Source: Holophagales bacterium
GTDB lineage: Bacteria; Acidobacteriota; Thermoanaerobaculia; Multivoradales; Multivoraceae
Direction: 5' to 3'
Length of the DNA: 64,000 nt
Assembly (NCBI GenBank): GCA_009837885.1
Contig: VXSP01000045.1
Span: 325,526-389,525 of the forward strand
This document shows positions 48,972-57,335 of the stretch, in pieces. The position numbers and the translations under genes were made by a program. The notes under the pieces were generated by a model, which was not told where the DNA came from, did no database searches, and worked only from the letters and a program-made list of their open reading frames with translations. How positions within the stretch are numbered: position 1 is the first letter of the stretch; every line of letters starts with the position of its first letter.

Positions 48972-50432
48972 ATGGCACAGAGTCAGGACAACACTCAGGA
49001 ACCCGTCGCCGGGCGTGCGCCGCTGATCGTCGGCGGTTACGACTTCCGTTCCCTGACGGAAGCGGTCGCGGTGCCGGTCGAGCGCAAGACGCCGATCGGC
49101 TGGTGGTTCTTCTTCCTGCCGTCGCTGGCGATGCTGGGCCTGTTCGGCGTTTCGATCGGCTGGCTGTTCTGGGAGGGCACCGGCATCTGGGGCCTGAACA
49201 ACCCGGTCAACTGGGGCTTCGCGATCGTCAACTTCGTCTTCTGGGTCGGCATCGGCCATGCCGGCACGTTGATCTCCGCGATCCTCTTCCTGTTTCGGCA
49301 GAAGTGGCGCACGTCGATCAACCGCGCGGCGGAGGCGATGACGATCTTCGCGGTCATGTGCGCCCTGGTCTTCCCGGGAATCCACGTCGGCCGCGTGTGG
49401 GTCGCCTACTGGATGTTCCCGCTGCCGAATCAGATGGACATGTGGCCGAACTTCCGCAGCCCGCTGATCTGGGACGTGTTTGCGGTGTCGATCTACGGCA
49501 CGGTGTCCCTGATGTTCTGGTACGTGGGCCTGATCCCGGATCTCGCGACGATCCGCGACCGCGCCAAGACGCGGATCAAGCAGATCGCCTACGGCATCTT
49601 CGCTCTCGGCTGGCGCGGTTCGCACCGGAACTGGCTCCACTACGAGCGGGCCTACCTGATGCTGGCCGGTCTGGCGACGCCGCTGGTTCTCTCCGTCCAC
49701 TCGGTCGTGTCGATGGACTTCGCCACCGCCCAGTTGCCGGGCTGGCACACGACGATCTTCCCGCCGTACTTCGTCGCCGGGGCGATCTTCTCAGGCTTCG
49801 CCATGGTCATGACCCTGATGCTGATCTGCCGGGTCCTGTTCAAGATGGAGGACATCATCACGATGCGCCACCTCGAGAACATGGCCAAGATCATGCTGCT
49901 GACGGGGTGCATGGTCGGTTACGCCTACGGCATCGAGATGTTCATCGCCTGGTACAGCGGCAACCCGTACGAGCAGTTCGCCTTCGCCAACCGGGCCCTC
50001 GGGCCCTACGCCTGGGCCTACTGGATCATGGTGAGCTGCAACGTGCTCACGCCGCAGTTGTTCTGGTTCAAGAAGATGCGCAACCACATCGGCTGGCTGT
50101 TCATCTCCTCGATCCTGATCAACATCGGCATGTGGTTCGAGCGTTTCGTCATCGTCACCTCGTCGCTGCACCGCGACTTCCTGCCCGCGAACTGGGACTA
50201 CTACCAGGCGACCTTCTGGGACTTCGCTTCGCTGATCGGCAGCTTCGGCCTGTTCTTCACGATGTTCTGCCTGTTCGCCCGGTTCCTGCCGCTGGTGGCG
50301 ACGGCGGAGGTCAAGACCGTGCTGCCGGAGGCCGACCCGCACCAGGGCGAGGAACTGGTGCGCGTGGTGCCAGCCGGCTCCGGAGTGGAACCCGCGCCGC
50401 AGGCGGCGCCGGCCGGCGGGGGAGGGTCCTGA
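48972..50432 (+). CDS. actC: NrfD/PsrC-family membrane subunit, Alternative Complex III ActC-like
   Basis: 486 aa, about 10 TM, NrfD-type. Immediately followed (2-nt gap) by a DUF3341/ActD-like gene and a second NrfD-like gene. This order is diagnostic of the ACIII membrane arm. Confidence 0.7.
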   Translation: MAQSQDNTQEPVAGRAPLIVGGYDFRSLTEAVAVPVERKTPIGWWFFFLPSLAMLGLFGVSIGWLFWEGTGIWGLNNPVNWGFAIVNFVFWVGIGHAGTLISAILFLFRQKWRTSINRAAEAMTIFAVMCALVFPGIHVGRVWVAYWMFPLPNQMDMWPNFRSPLIWDVFAVSIYGTVSLMFWYVGLIPDLATIRDRAKTRIKQIAYGIFALGWRGSHRNWLHYERAYLMLAGLATPLVLSVHSVVSMDFATAQLPGWHTTIFPPYFVAGAIFSGFAMVMTLMLICRVLFKMEDIITMRHLENMAKIMLLTGCMVGYAYGIEMFIAWYSGNPYEQFAFANRALGPYAWAYWIMVSCNVLTPQLFWFKKMRNHIGWLFISSILINIGMWFERFVIVTSSLHRDFLPANWDYYQATFWDFASLIGSFGLFFTMFCLFARFLPLVATAEVKTVLPEADPHQGEELVRVVPAGSGVEPAPQAAPAGGGGS

Positions 50433-50433
50433 C

Positions 50434-51042
50434 ATGGGCCTGATGACCCTGGACGTGCCGGAAGCGTCGGCGGGTTACAGCCACTACGGTGTGCTGGCCC
50501 GCTTCGAAACCGCGAAGGCGCTCTACCGGGCCTGTGAGGCGGTCCGGGACGCCGGCTACTCGAAGTGGGACGCGCTGACGCCGTTTCCGGTTCATGGTCT
50601 CGAGAAGGCGATGGGGCTGAAGCCGTCCAGGCTGCCGTTCCTCGTGCTGGCCACGGGACTTTCCGGCGCCGGGCTCGGCTTCGCCCTGCAGAGCTGGGTC
50701 CACATCAAGGGCTACCCGCTGATCATCAGCGGCAAGCCGCTGTTCACCTGGCCCGCCTTCGTGCCGGTCACCTTCGAGCTCGGAGTGCTCGGCGCTGCGC
50801 TGGGGGCGGTGCTCGGCATGTTCGCCTTCAACAAGTTGCCCACCTACCACCATCCGCTCTTCCGGTCGAAGAACTTCGCGCGCGTGACGGACGACGGTCT
50901 GTTCATCGCCATCGAGGCCTGGGATCCGAAGTACGACGACCAGGACACCGCGGAGTTCCTGAGCAGGCTCGGCGCGGTCGAGGTGGAGCACGTGCCGATC
51001 GACGATCCCGCGGACGACGGTGACGGGGGAGGCGCCGCCTGA
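50434..51042 (+). CDS. actD: ACIII ActD-like membrane protein (DUF3341)
   Basis: Blocks RDAGYSKWDALTPFPVHGL..AMGLKPSRLP, YPLIISGKP..WPAFVPVTFELGVL, and GMFAFNKLPTYHHPLFRSKNF match the DUF3341/ActD signature. Confidence 0.7.
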   Translation: MGLMTLDVPEASAGYSHYGVLARFETAKALYRACEAVRDAGYSKWDALTPFPVHGLEKAMGLKPSRLPFLVLATGLSGAGLGFALQSWVHIKGYPLIISGKPLFTWPAFVPVTFELGVLGAALGAVLGMFAFNKLPTYHHPLFRSKNFARVTDDGLFIAIEAWDPKYDDQDTAEFLSRLGAVEVEHVPIDDPADDGDGGGAA

Positions 51043-52277
51043 TGGCCCACGGACCGCGCATCGTTCATCTCGATCAATTGGTCATCCGGCCGGGCAGCGG
51101 CTGGGCGCGCCTGCCTTTGATCGCGGGCGCGGTCGGCGTCGTCTTCACGGTCGTGTCGATCGTGCTGGCGATGGGGTCAAAAGAGAGCACCAAGCAGTTC
51201 TTCCACTCCTGGCTCGTCGCCGTCGTCTTCTTCCTCTGCATCGGTCTCGGCTGCCTGTTCTTCGTGCTGATTCACCACGCGACGAAGGCCGGCTGGGGCG
51301 TCGTGGTGCGCCGTCTGGCCGAGAACCTGGCCTGCACGGTGCCTGTGCTGGCCGTCCTGTTCATTCCGGTCGTGGCCCTGGGCATGTACGACCTGTTCCA
51401 CTGGACCCACGCCGACGCCGTGGCGCACGACCGGTTGCTGCAGGTCAAGGAACCGTGGCTCAACGAGACCGGCTTCTGGATTCGGACCGTCATCTACTTC
51501 GTGATCTGGAGTGGGCTGGCCCTCTACTTCCGGAACGCGTCGCGGCGCCAGGATGACAGCGGAGACGAGGCCCTTTCCCACCGGATGGCGCGATTCAGCC
51601 CCGTCGCGGTCGCCATGTTTGCCGTGACGCTGACGTTCGCCGGTTTCGACTGGCTGATGTCGCTGGAGCCGCACTGGTACTCGACGATGTTCGGCGTCTA
51701 CTTCTTCGCCGGTACGGTCGTCTCGGCGTTCGCGGCGCTTACGGTCCTCACCCTGGCCTTCGAACGGTCGGGCCACTTCCGGGGCGTGATCACCGGCGAG
51801 CACTTCCACGATCTCGGCAAGCTGCTGTTCGCCTTCACGGTCTTCTGGGCCTACATCGCCTTCAGCCAGTTCTTCCTCATCTGGTACGCGAACATCCCGG
51901 AGGAGACGAACTGGTTCCTGAGCCGGCTGCACGGCACGGCCGACAATCCGGCGAACTGGCGCCCGGCGACCCTGCTTCTGGCCATCGGCCACTTCGCCGT
52001 CCCGTTCTTCTTCCTCATGCCCCGGACGATCAAGCGCAACCGCACCCTGCTGCTGATCGGCGCCCTCTGGATGCTGGCCATGCACCTCTGGGACGTGTTC
52101 TGGCTGGTCATGCCGAACCTGCACCGGGAGATGACGTTCTCCCTGCTCGACCTGACCTCGCTGCTCGGCGTGGGCGGCGTGTTCCTGGCAACCGCGGGCT
52201 GGCTGCTGGGCCGCGGCTCGCTGGTGCCGTCCCGCGATCCGCGGCTGGTCGAGTCGCTGGCCTTCGAGAACATCTGA
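51042..52277 (+). CDS. actF: NrfD-like membrane subunit, ACIII ActF-like
   Basis: 411 aa, about 10 TM. Follows ActD with an ATGA overlap. Confidence 0.65.
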   Translation: MAHGPRIVHLDQLVIRPGSGWARLPLIAGAVGVVFTVVSIVLAMGSKESTKQFFHSWLVAVVFFLCIGLGCLFFVLIHHATKAGWGVVVRRLAENLACTVPVLAVLFIPVVALGMYDLFHWTHADAVAHDRLLQVKEPWLNETGFWIRTVIYFVIWSGLALYFRNASRRQDDSGDEALSHRMARFSPVAVAMFAVTLTFAGFDWLMSLEPHWYSTMFGVYFFAGTVVSAFAALTVLTLAFERSGHFRGVITGEHFHDLGKLLFAFTVFWAYIAFSQFFLIWYANIPEETNWFLSRLHGTADNPANWRPATLLLAIGHFAVPFFFLMPRTIKRNRTLLLIGALWMLAMHLWDVFWLVMPNLHREMTFSLLDLTSLLGVGGVFLATAGWLLGRGSLVPSRDPRLVESLAFENI

Positions 52278-52396
52278 GACGTTCAGGGGCCCTCCCAGTC
52301 CGTCAGCCGTTCGCCTTGTTCAGTCCGCCGGTCCTTGCTACGCTGCGCACCGTCTCAGGACCTCTTGCAACACCTCTCCCGTCAAGGAGCATCGAC

Positions 52397-53113
52397 ATGA
52401 TTCCGAAGCAGACGATTCGCGTCTGTGCCGTTCTTCTCGCCTTCGCCCTGGCTTCCTCCTCGGTTGCGCTCGGCGGCACGATTGTCGGCAAAGTCACGTA
52501 CGAAGGCCGGACGCCCCCGCAACGCCCGATGAGGATGGACGCGGACCCCAAGTGCGCCGAGAAGCACAGTGGCACGGTCCTCGACCAGACCTTCATGATC
52601 GGGGATGGCGGCGCCTTCGCCAACGTCTTCCTGGTGATTACCGAGGGCCTGGACGGGAAGTCGTTCGACACGCCTTCGCAGCCGGTGGTCATGGACCAGA
52701 ACGGCTGCATCTACACGCCACGCGTCATGGGCATCCAGGTCGGGCAGCAGTTCAAGGTGAAGAACTCGGACGGCCTGCTGCACAACGTCCACTCCCTGTC
52801 CAAGGACAACCCCCCGTTCAACCGGGCGATGCCGGCCAGCGTGACGGAGGCCGACTACAGCTTCGACAAGACGGAGCGCTTCCGCATCAAGTGCGACGTC
52901 CACCCCTGGATGACGTCCTGGGTGACGGTCGTCGATCATCCGTTCTACGCGGTTTCGGGCGCCGACGGCAGTTTCCGCATCGAGAATGTTCCGGCCGGCA
53001 CCTACACGATCGAGGCCCGGCATGAGTTCGAGAGGTTCAGGATCTACTCGGAGACCGTCGAGGTCGGCGACAGTGGCGAAGCGACGGTGAACTTCGTCTT
53101 CAAGCCGGAGTAG
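52397..53113 (+). CDS. Cupredoxin-domain protein (amicyanin-like type-1 copper site); paralog B
   Basis: ATG at 52397 with an AAGGAG RBS, then a signal peptide. Motifs LLHNVHSL and CDVHPWM as in paralog A. Confidence 0.65.
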   Translation: MIPKQTIRVCAVLLAFALASSSVALGGTIVGKVTYEGRTPPQRPMRMDADPKCAEKHSGTVLDQTFMIGDGGAFANVFLVITEGLDGKSFDTPSQPVVMDQNGCIYTPRVMGIQVGQQFKVKNSDGLLHNVHSLSKDNPPFNRAMPASVTEADYSFDKTERFRIKCDVHPWMTSWVTVVDHPFYAVSGADGSFRIENVPAGTYTIEARHEFERFRIYSETVEVGDSGEATVNFVFKPE

Positions 53114-53154
53114 ACGAGGCAACCCCAGAAAGTAGCTAGAAAGGAGCGGCGTCC

Positions 53155-54912
53155 ATGGCGGAGCCCGTTCACGCTTCACCTGCACACGACGAGCATCACC
53201 ACGAGCAGAGCTTCTGGCGGAAGTACATCTTCTCGACCGATCACAAGGTGATCGGCGTCCAGTACTCGGTCACGGGTCTGGCGTTTCTCCTCTTCGGGTT
53301 CGTCCTGATGATGGTGATGCGCTGGAACCTCGCCTACCCGGGCGAGCCGATTCCCTTCATCGGCTCGCTCCTCGGCGAGAACCGGGCGCCCGGCGGCATC
53401 ATGCTGCCGGACTTCTACAACGAGCTCGGCGCCATGCACGGCACGATCATGGTGTTCCTGGGGGTCGTGCCGCTGGCGGTCGGCGGCTTCGGCAACTTCG
53501 TCATGCCGCTGCAGCTCGGCGCCCCGGACATGGCCTTCCCGCGGATCAACATGATCAGCTACTGGTGCCTGTTCCTGGGCGGCGTGACGATGTTCGCCAG
53601 CTTCTTCCTGCCGAACGGCGCCGCGGGCAACGGCTGGACCTCCTACTCGCCGCTGGCCGACATCGCGCTGAACGGCCAGACCGCCTGGCTGATCGGGATG
53701 ATCTTCCTGATCACGTCGTCCCTGCTGGGCGCGGTCAACTTCATCACCACGGCGATCCAGCTCCGGGCTCCGGGCATGACCTGGATGCGACTGCCCTTCT
53801 TCTGCTGGGCGCAGATCGTGACCGCCTTCCTCCTGCTGCTGGCCTTCCCGCCGCTCGAGGCCGCGGGCGTGCTGCAGTTGATGGACCGGGTCGCGAACAC
53901 CAGTTTCTTCATTCCGGAGGGCCTGGTGGTCGGTGGCGAAGTGGTCGACCGGAGCGGAGGCGGCAGCCCGCTGCTCTGGCAGCACCTGTTCTGGTTCCTG
54001 GCCCACCCGGAGGTCTACGTGCTCATCCTGCCGGCGATGGGGATCGTCGCCGAGGTGATCGCGAACAACTCCCGCAAGCCGCTCTGGGGTTACCGCTCGA
54101 TGGTCTACTCCCTGATCTTCCTCGGCTTCATGAGCTTCATCGTCTGGGCGCACCACATGTTCATCACCGGCATGGGCTCGGTGATGTCGACCTTCTTCCA
54201 GACGACGACGATGATCATCTCGATCCCGTCGGTCATCATCCTGAGCGCGCTCTTCATCTCGCTGTGGGGCGGTTCCATCCGCTACAACACGCCGATGCTG
54301 TTCGCGCTCGGCTTCCTGCCGATGTTCGGCATAGGAGGGCTGACCGGGCTGCCGCTCGGTCTCTCGGCGGCGGACATCCCGCTCCACGACACCTACTACG
54401 TGATCGGGCACTTCCACTACGTGGTGGCGCCCGGAACCCTGTTCGCGCTGTTCGCCGGCGTCTACTACTGGTTCCCCAAGGTGACGGGGCGCAAGATGAA
54501 CGAGTTCCTGGGCAAGCTCCACTTCTGGCCCTCGCTCGTCTTCATGAACGGGGTTTTCTTCCCGATGATGATCCAGGGCCTGAACGGCGTATCGCGCCGG
54601 CTCGCCGACGGCGGCATCACTTACGACTTCGCGGGCGAGGTCGCCGGGCTGAACCGGATGATGTCGGTTTCGGCCTGGTGCCTGGCGGTGGCGCAGATTC
54701 CGTTCATCATCAACTTCTTCATGAGCATCCGGAACGGCGAGAAGGCCGGACGCAACCCCTGGAACTCGACCACCGTCGAGTGGCTGGCGCCGTCGCCGGC
54801 TCCGCACGGCAACTTCGATCAGCCGATCGAGGTTGTGCGCGGGCCGTACGAGTACAGCGTCCCGGGTAGCGACAAGGACTACGTCCCACAGGCCGAACCG
54901 GCCTCAACCTGA
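53155..54912 (+). CDS. ctaD: Cytochrome c oxidase subunit I (A-type heme-copper oxidase)
   Basis: Canonical HCO-I blocks (WFFGHPEVY-type region LFWFLAHPEVYVLILP, HHMF, and His ligands of heme a/a3-CuB). Confidence 0.95.
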   Translation: MAEPVHASPAHDEHHHEQSFWRKYIFSTDHKVIGVQYSVTGLAFLLFGFVLMMVMRWNLAYPGEPIPFIGSLLGENRAPGGIMLPDFYNELGAMHGTIMVFLGVVPLAVGGFGNFVMPLQLGAPDMAFPRINMISYWCLFLGGVTMFASFFLPNGAAGNGWTSYSPLADIALNGQTAWLIGMIFLITSSLLGAVNFITTAIQLRAPGMTWMRLPFFCWAQIVTAFLLLLAFPPLEAAGVLQLMDRVANTSFFIPEGLVVGGEVVDRSGGGSPLLWQHLFWFLAHPEVYVLILPAMGIVAEVIANNSRKPLWGYRSMVYSLIFLGFMSFIVWAHHMFITGMGSVMSTFFQTTTMIISIPSVIILSALFISLWGGSIRYNTPMLFALGFLPMFGIGGLTGLPLGLSAADIPLHDTYYVIGHFHYVVAPGTLFALFAGVYYWFPKVTGRKMNEFLGKLHFWPSLVFMNGVFFPMMIQGLNGVSRRLADGGITYDFAGEVAGLNRMMSVSAWCLAVAQIPFIINFFMSIRNGEKAGRNPWNSTTVEWLAPSPAPHGNFDQPIEVVRGPYEYSVPGSDKDYVPQAEPAST

Positions 54913-54932
54913 CCGTTCGAGGACCTCAAGAG

Positions 54933-55532
54933 ATGGAAATCCCCTACACGGTAGAGGCCCACCCCGAAACCGGCCTCAACAACGGGAAGATCGGGATCTG
55001 GCTGTTCCTGACCTCGGAGGTCATGCTGTTCGGGGCGTTGTTCGCCACGTTCATCATGCTGCGCCTGGGATCGGACGGCAACTGGGCCGCGATGCAGGCG
55101 GAAGCGGAGCTCAACATTCCGCTGGCGACGCTCAACACGGCCGTGCTGATCGCCTCCAGTCTGACGATGGTCATGGCCTGGGCGTCGCTGATGCGCGGGC
55201 AACTGGGCCGGTTCAAGCTGTTCGGCTGGCTGACCGTCGCCTGCGGCGGCGTCTTCTTGGTCATCAAGTACTTCGAGTACACGGCGAAGTTCGAGCACCA
55301 CCACTACCCGGAGTCGAGCACCTTCCTCGCCATCTACTTCGCGATGACGGGCCTCCACGCCCTGCACGTGATCGGCGGCATGGCCTGGAACGCCTACTTC
55401 ACCGGGCCGGGGTCGAAGCTTTTCCACACGAACCGGCAGTGGCTGACCGACCGGGTCGAGCACTCCGGTCTGTTCTGGCACTTCGTCGACCTGGTCTGGA
55501 TCTTCCTCTTCCCCGTCTTCTACCTGCTGTAG
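54933..55532 (+). CDS. ctaE: Cytochrome c oxidase subunit III
   Basis: Typical CoxIII 5-7 TM pattern and conserved blocks (WLFLTSEVMLFGALF..., FWHFVDLVWIFLF). Confidence 0.9.
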   Translation: MEIPYTVEAHPETGLNNGKIGIWLFLTSEVMLFGALFATFIMLRLGSDGNWAAMQAEAELNIPLATLNTAVLIASSLTMVMAWASLMRGQLGRFKLFGWLTVACGGVFLVIKYFEYTAKFEHHHYPESSTFLAIYFAMTGLHALHVIGGMAWNAYFTGPGSKLFHTNRQWLTDRVEHSGLFWHFVDLVWIFLFPVFYLL

Positions 55533-55584
55533 CGGACATCTGCCGCCCTGAATCCCTGGTCTACCCTGGAGCGAGTCGCATTCC

Positions 55585-55914
55585 ATGAGTGAACACGTCG
55601 ATATCGACAAGCAGGTCCGCGTCTACTTCCTGGTTTTCGGCGCCCTGATGGTGGGTACGCTCGTCACGGTTCTTGCGGCGGAACTCGATGTTTCGGTGCC
55701 GGTGGCCCTCACCATCGGCCTGTTCATCGCCACCGCCAAGGCGTCGCTGGTCGCCTGCTTCTTCATGCACCTGATCGACGAGAAGAAGATCATCTACTGG
55801 ACGCTGGCCCTGACCGTCGCGTTCTTCATCGCCCTGATGGCGTTGCCGCTCCTGACCTCGGTAGCGGACCAGGTAGGGGAGTTCGCCGAAGTCGAGGCGC
55901 ACGAGCCGCACTGA
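55585..55914 (+). CDS. Prokaryotic cytochrome c oxidase subunit IV-like small membrane protein
   Basis: About 109 aa with 3 TM helices (FLVFGALMVGTLVTV..., KASLVACFFMHL) and correct operon position after coxIII. Confidence 0.65.
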   Translation: MSEHVDIDKQVRVYFLVFGALMVGTLVTVLAAELDVSVPVALTIGLFIATAKASLVACFFMHLIDEKKIIYWTLALTVAFFIALMALPLLTSVADQVGEFAEVEAHEPH

Positions 55915-55933
55915 CGATCCCGCTGAACGCGTC

Positions 55934-56407
55934 ATGAACCTGAAGGTCATTCACATCGTCTTCGTCGGCAGCGCCATTCTCCTGGCGCTGTTCTTCGGCG
56001 GCTGGTGTCTGGCGCAGGGGAGCGCGTTCGCGGTGGGCGCCGTTCTTTCCTTCGCGGTCGCGGCTGCGCTCGTCTGGTACGGCATCTGGTTCTGGCGCAA
56101 GATCACGACGCCCGAAGAGGAGTGGGCTCGCCGGCGCAAGCTGTTCCGCACGATTCCCGTTGCCGTGGTCGTCTGGCTCTTCGCCTCCGAGCCGGCGGCC
56201 TGGGCCTGCTCGGTCTGCTACGGGGCCGCTGAAGGGTCGATGATCGACGCGGCCCGGGCCGGGGTGTGGTTCCTGCTGGCGGCCGTGTTCGTGATGCAGG
56301 GGGCCTTCGTTCTCTTCTTTCTCTATCTCCGGCGCCGTGCCCGGCGTCTGCGAACCGACCCGGTGCCGCCCTGGTGGAGCACCGTTGAGGAGCCTGTCAA
56401 GTCATGA
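55934..56407 (+). CDS. Hypothetical 4-TM membrane protein with CxxC in TM3, embedded in the cox operon
   Basis: Four hydrophobic helices. CSVCYG motif. Its stop overlaps the coxII start as ATGA. Confidence 0.5.
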   Translation: MNLKVIHIVFVGSAILLALFFGGWCLAQGSAFAVGAVLSFAVAAALVWYGIWFWRKITTPEEEWARRRKLFRTIPVAVVVWLFASEPAAWACSVCYGAAEGSMIDAARAGVWFLLAAVFVMQGAFVLFFLYLRRRARRLRTDPVPPWWSTVEEPVKS

Positions 56408-57207
56408 TGGATGCCATGTTCCCGGCCGCGGCGTCGGAGCACGCCGGCCGGATCGACAACATGATCGACGCGGTGCACTACCTGATGCTCGCGCTCTTCA
56501 TCGTCTGGGGCGTGTTCTTCGTGTACGTGCTGATGCGCTTCCGCGCCAGCCGCAACCCGAAGGCGGACTACGTCGGCGTCAAGAGCAAGATGAGCACTTA
56601 TGGTGAAGTCGCCGTGGCGATCGCGGAAGGGATTCTCCTGCTCGGCTTCTCGATTCCCATGTGGGCGGAACGGGTGGACGAAGTGCCGCCGGAGTCCGAG
56701 GCGACGGTCGTGCGGGTCGTGGCGCAGCAGTTCGCGTGGAACGTCTGGTATCCGGGGGCCGACGGCGAGTTCGGCGCGCAGGACCTGTCACTGATAGACG
56801 AGGCGACCAATCCGATCGGCCTCGACCGCGACAGCGAGGCCGGCGCCGACGACATCTGGACGGTGAACCAGTTGCACCTCCCGGTCGACAAGGCGGCGAT
56901 CATCCACCTGACGTCCAAGGACGTGATCCACAGCTTCAACCTGCCGAACATGCGGATCAAGCAGGACACGATCCCGGGCATTTCGATTCCGGTCTGGTTC
57001 GTTCCCACCAAGACCACCGCCCAGATCCGCGAAGAGACCGGAAACCCGGACTACGTCTACGAGATCGCCTGCGCCCAACTCTGCGGCAACAGCCACTACT
57101 CGATGCGCGGCTTCCTGACCGTGCACACCGAGGAGGAGTTCCAGGCCTGGCTCGACGAGGAGGCGTCCTACCTCACCGGCAGCGACGACGACTTCTTCGA
57201 CTTCTAG
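56404..57207 (+). CDS. ctaC: Cytochrome c oxidase subunit II (CuA domain, no fused cytochrome c domain)
   Basis: Two N-terminal TM helices. CuA ligand pattern HSFNLP ... IACAQLCGNSHYSM. The protein ends about 25 aa after the CuA motif with an acidic tail and no CxxCH. Confidence 0.9.
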   Translation: MMDAMFPAAASEHAGRIDNMIDAVHYLMLALFIVWGVFFVYVLMRFRASRNPKADYVGVKSKMSTYGEVAVAIAEGILLLGFSIPMWAERVDEVPPESEATVVRVVAQQFAWNVWYPGADGEFGAQDLSLIDEATNPIGLDRDSEAGADDIWTVNQLHLPVDKAAIIHLTSKDVIHSFNLPNMRIKQDTIPGISIPVWFVPTKTTAQIREETGNPDYVYEIACAQLCGNSHYSMRGFLTVHTEEEFQAWLDEEASYLTGSDDDFFDF

Positions 57208-57213
57208 GAGCCT

Positions 57214-57312
57214 GGCCGCGAGGCCGGTTCCTTCACTGGGTGCGCCGGCGTCCCCGCCGGCTGCCGCCGGAGGCGGTGAGGAAACGTACCGGCCGCAAGG
57301 CCGGTTCCCTAT
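57214..57312 (+). terminator. Two tandem GC-rich hairpins with GNRA loops after coxII (terminator-like)
   Basis: cTGGCC-GCGA-GGCCgG and ACCGGCC-GCAA-GGCCGGT, each followed by ttcc. The two ~30-bp units are direct repeats (ggccgcRaggccggttcc...ctgggtg). Confidence 0.3.
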
Positions 57313-57335
57313 GCTCTGGGTGTACGCTCTGAAGA

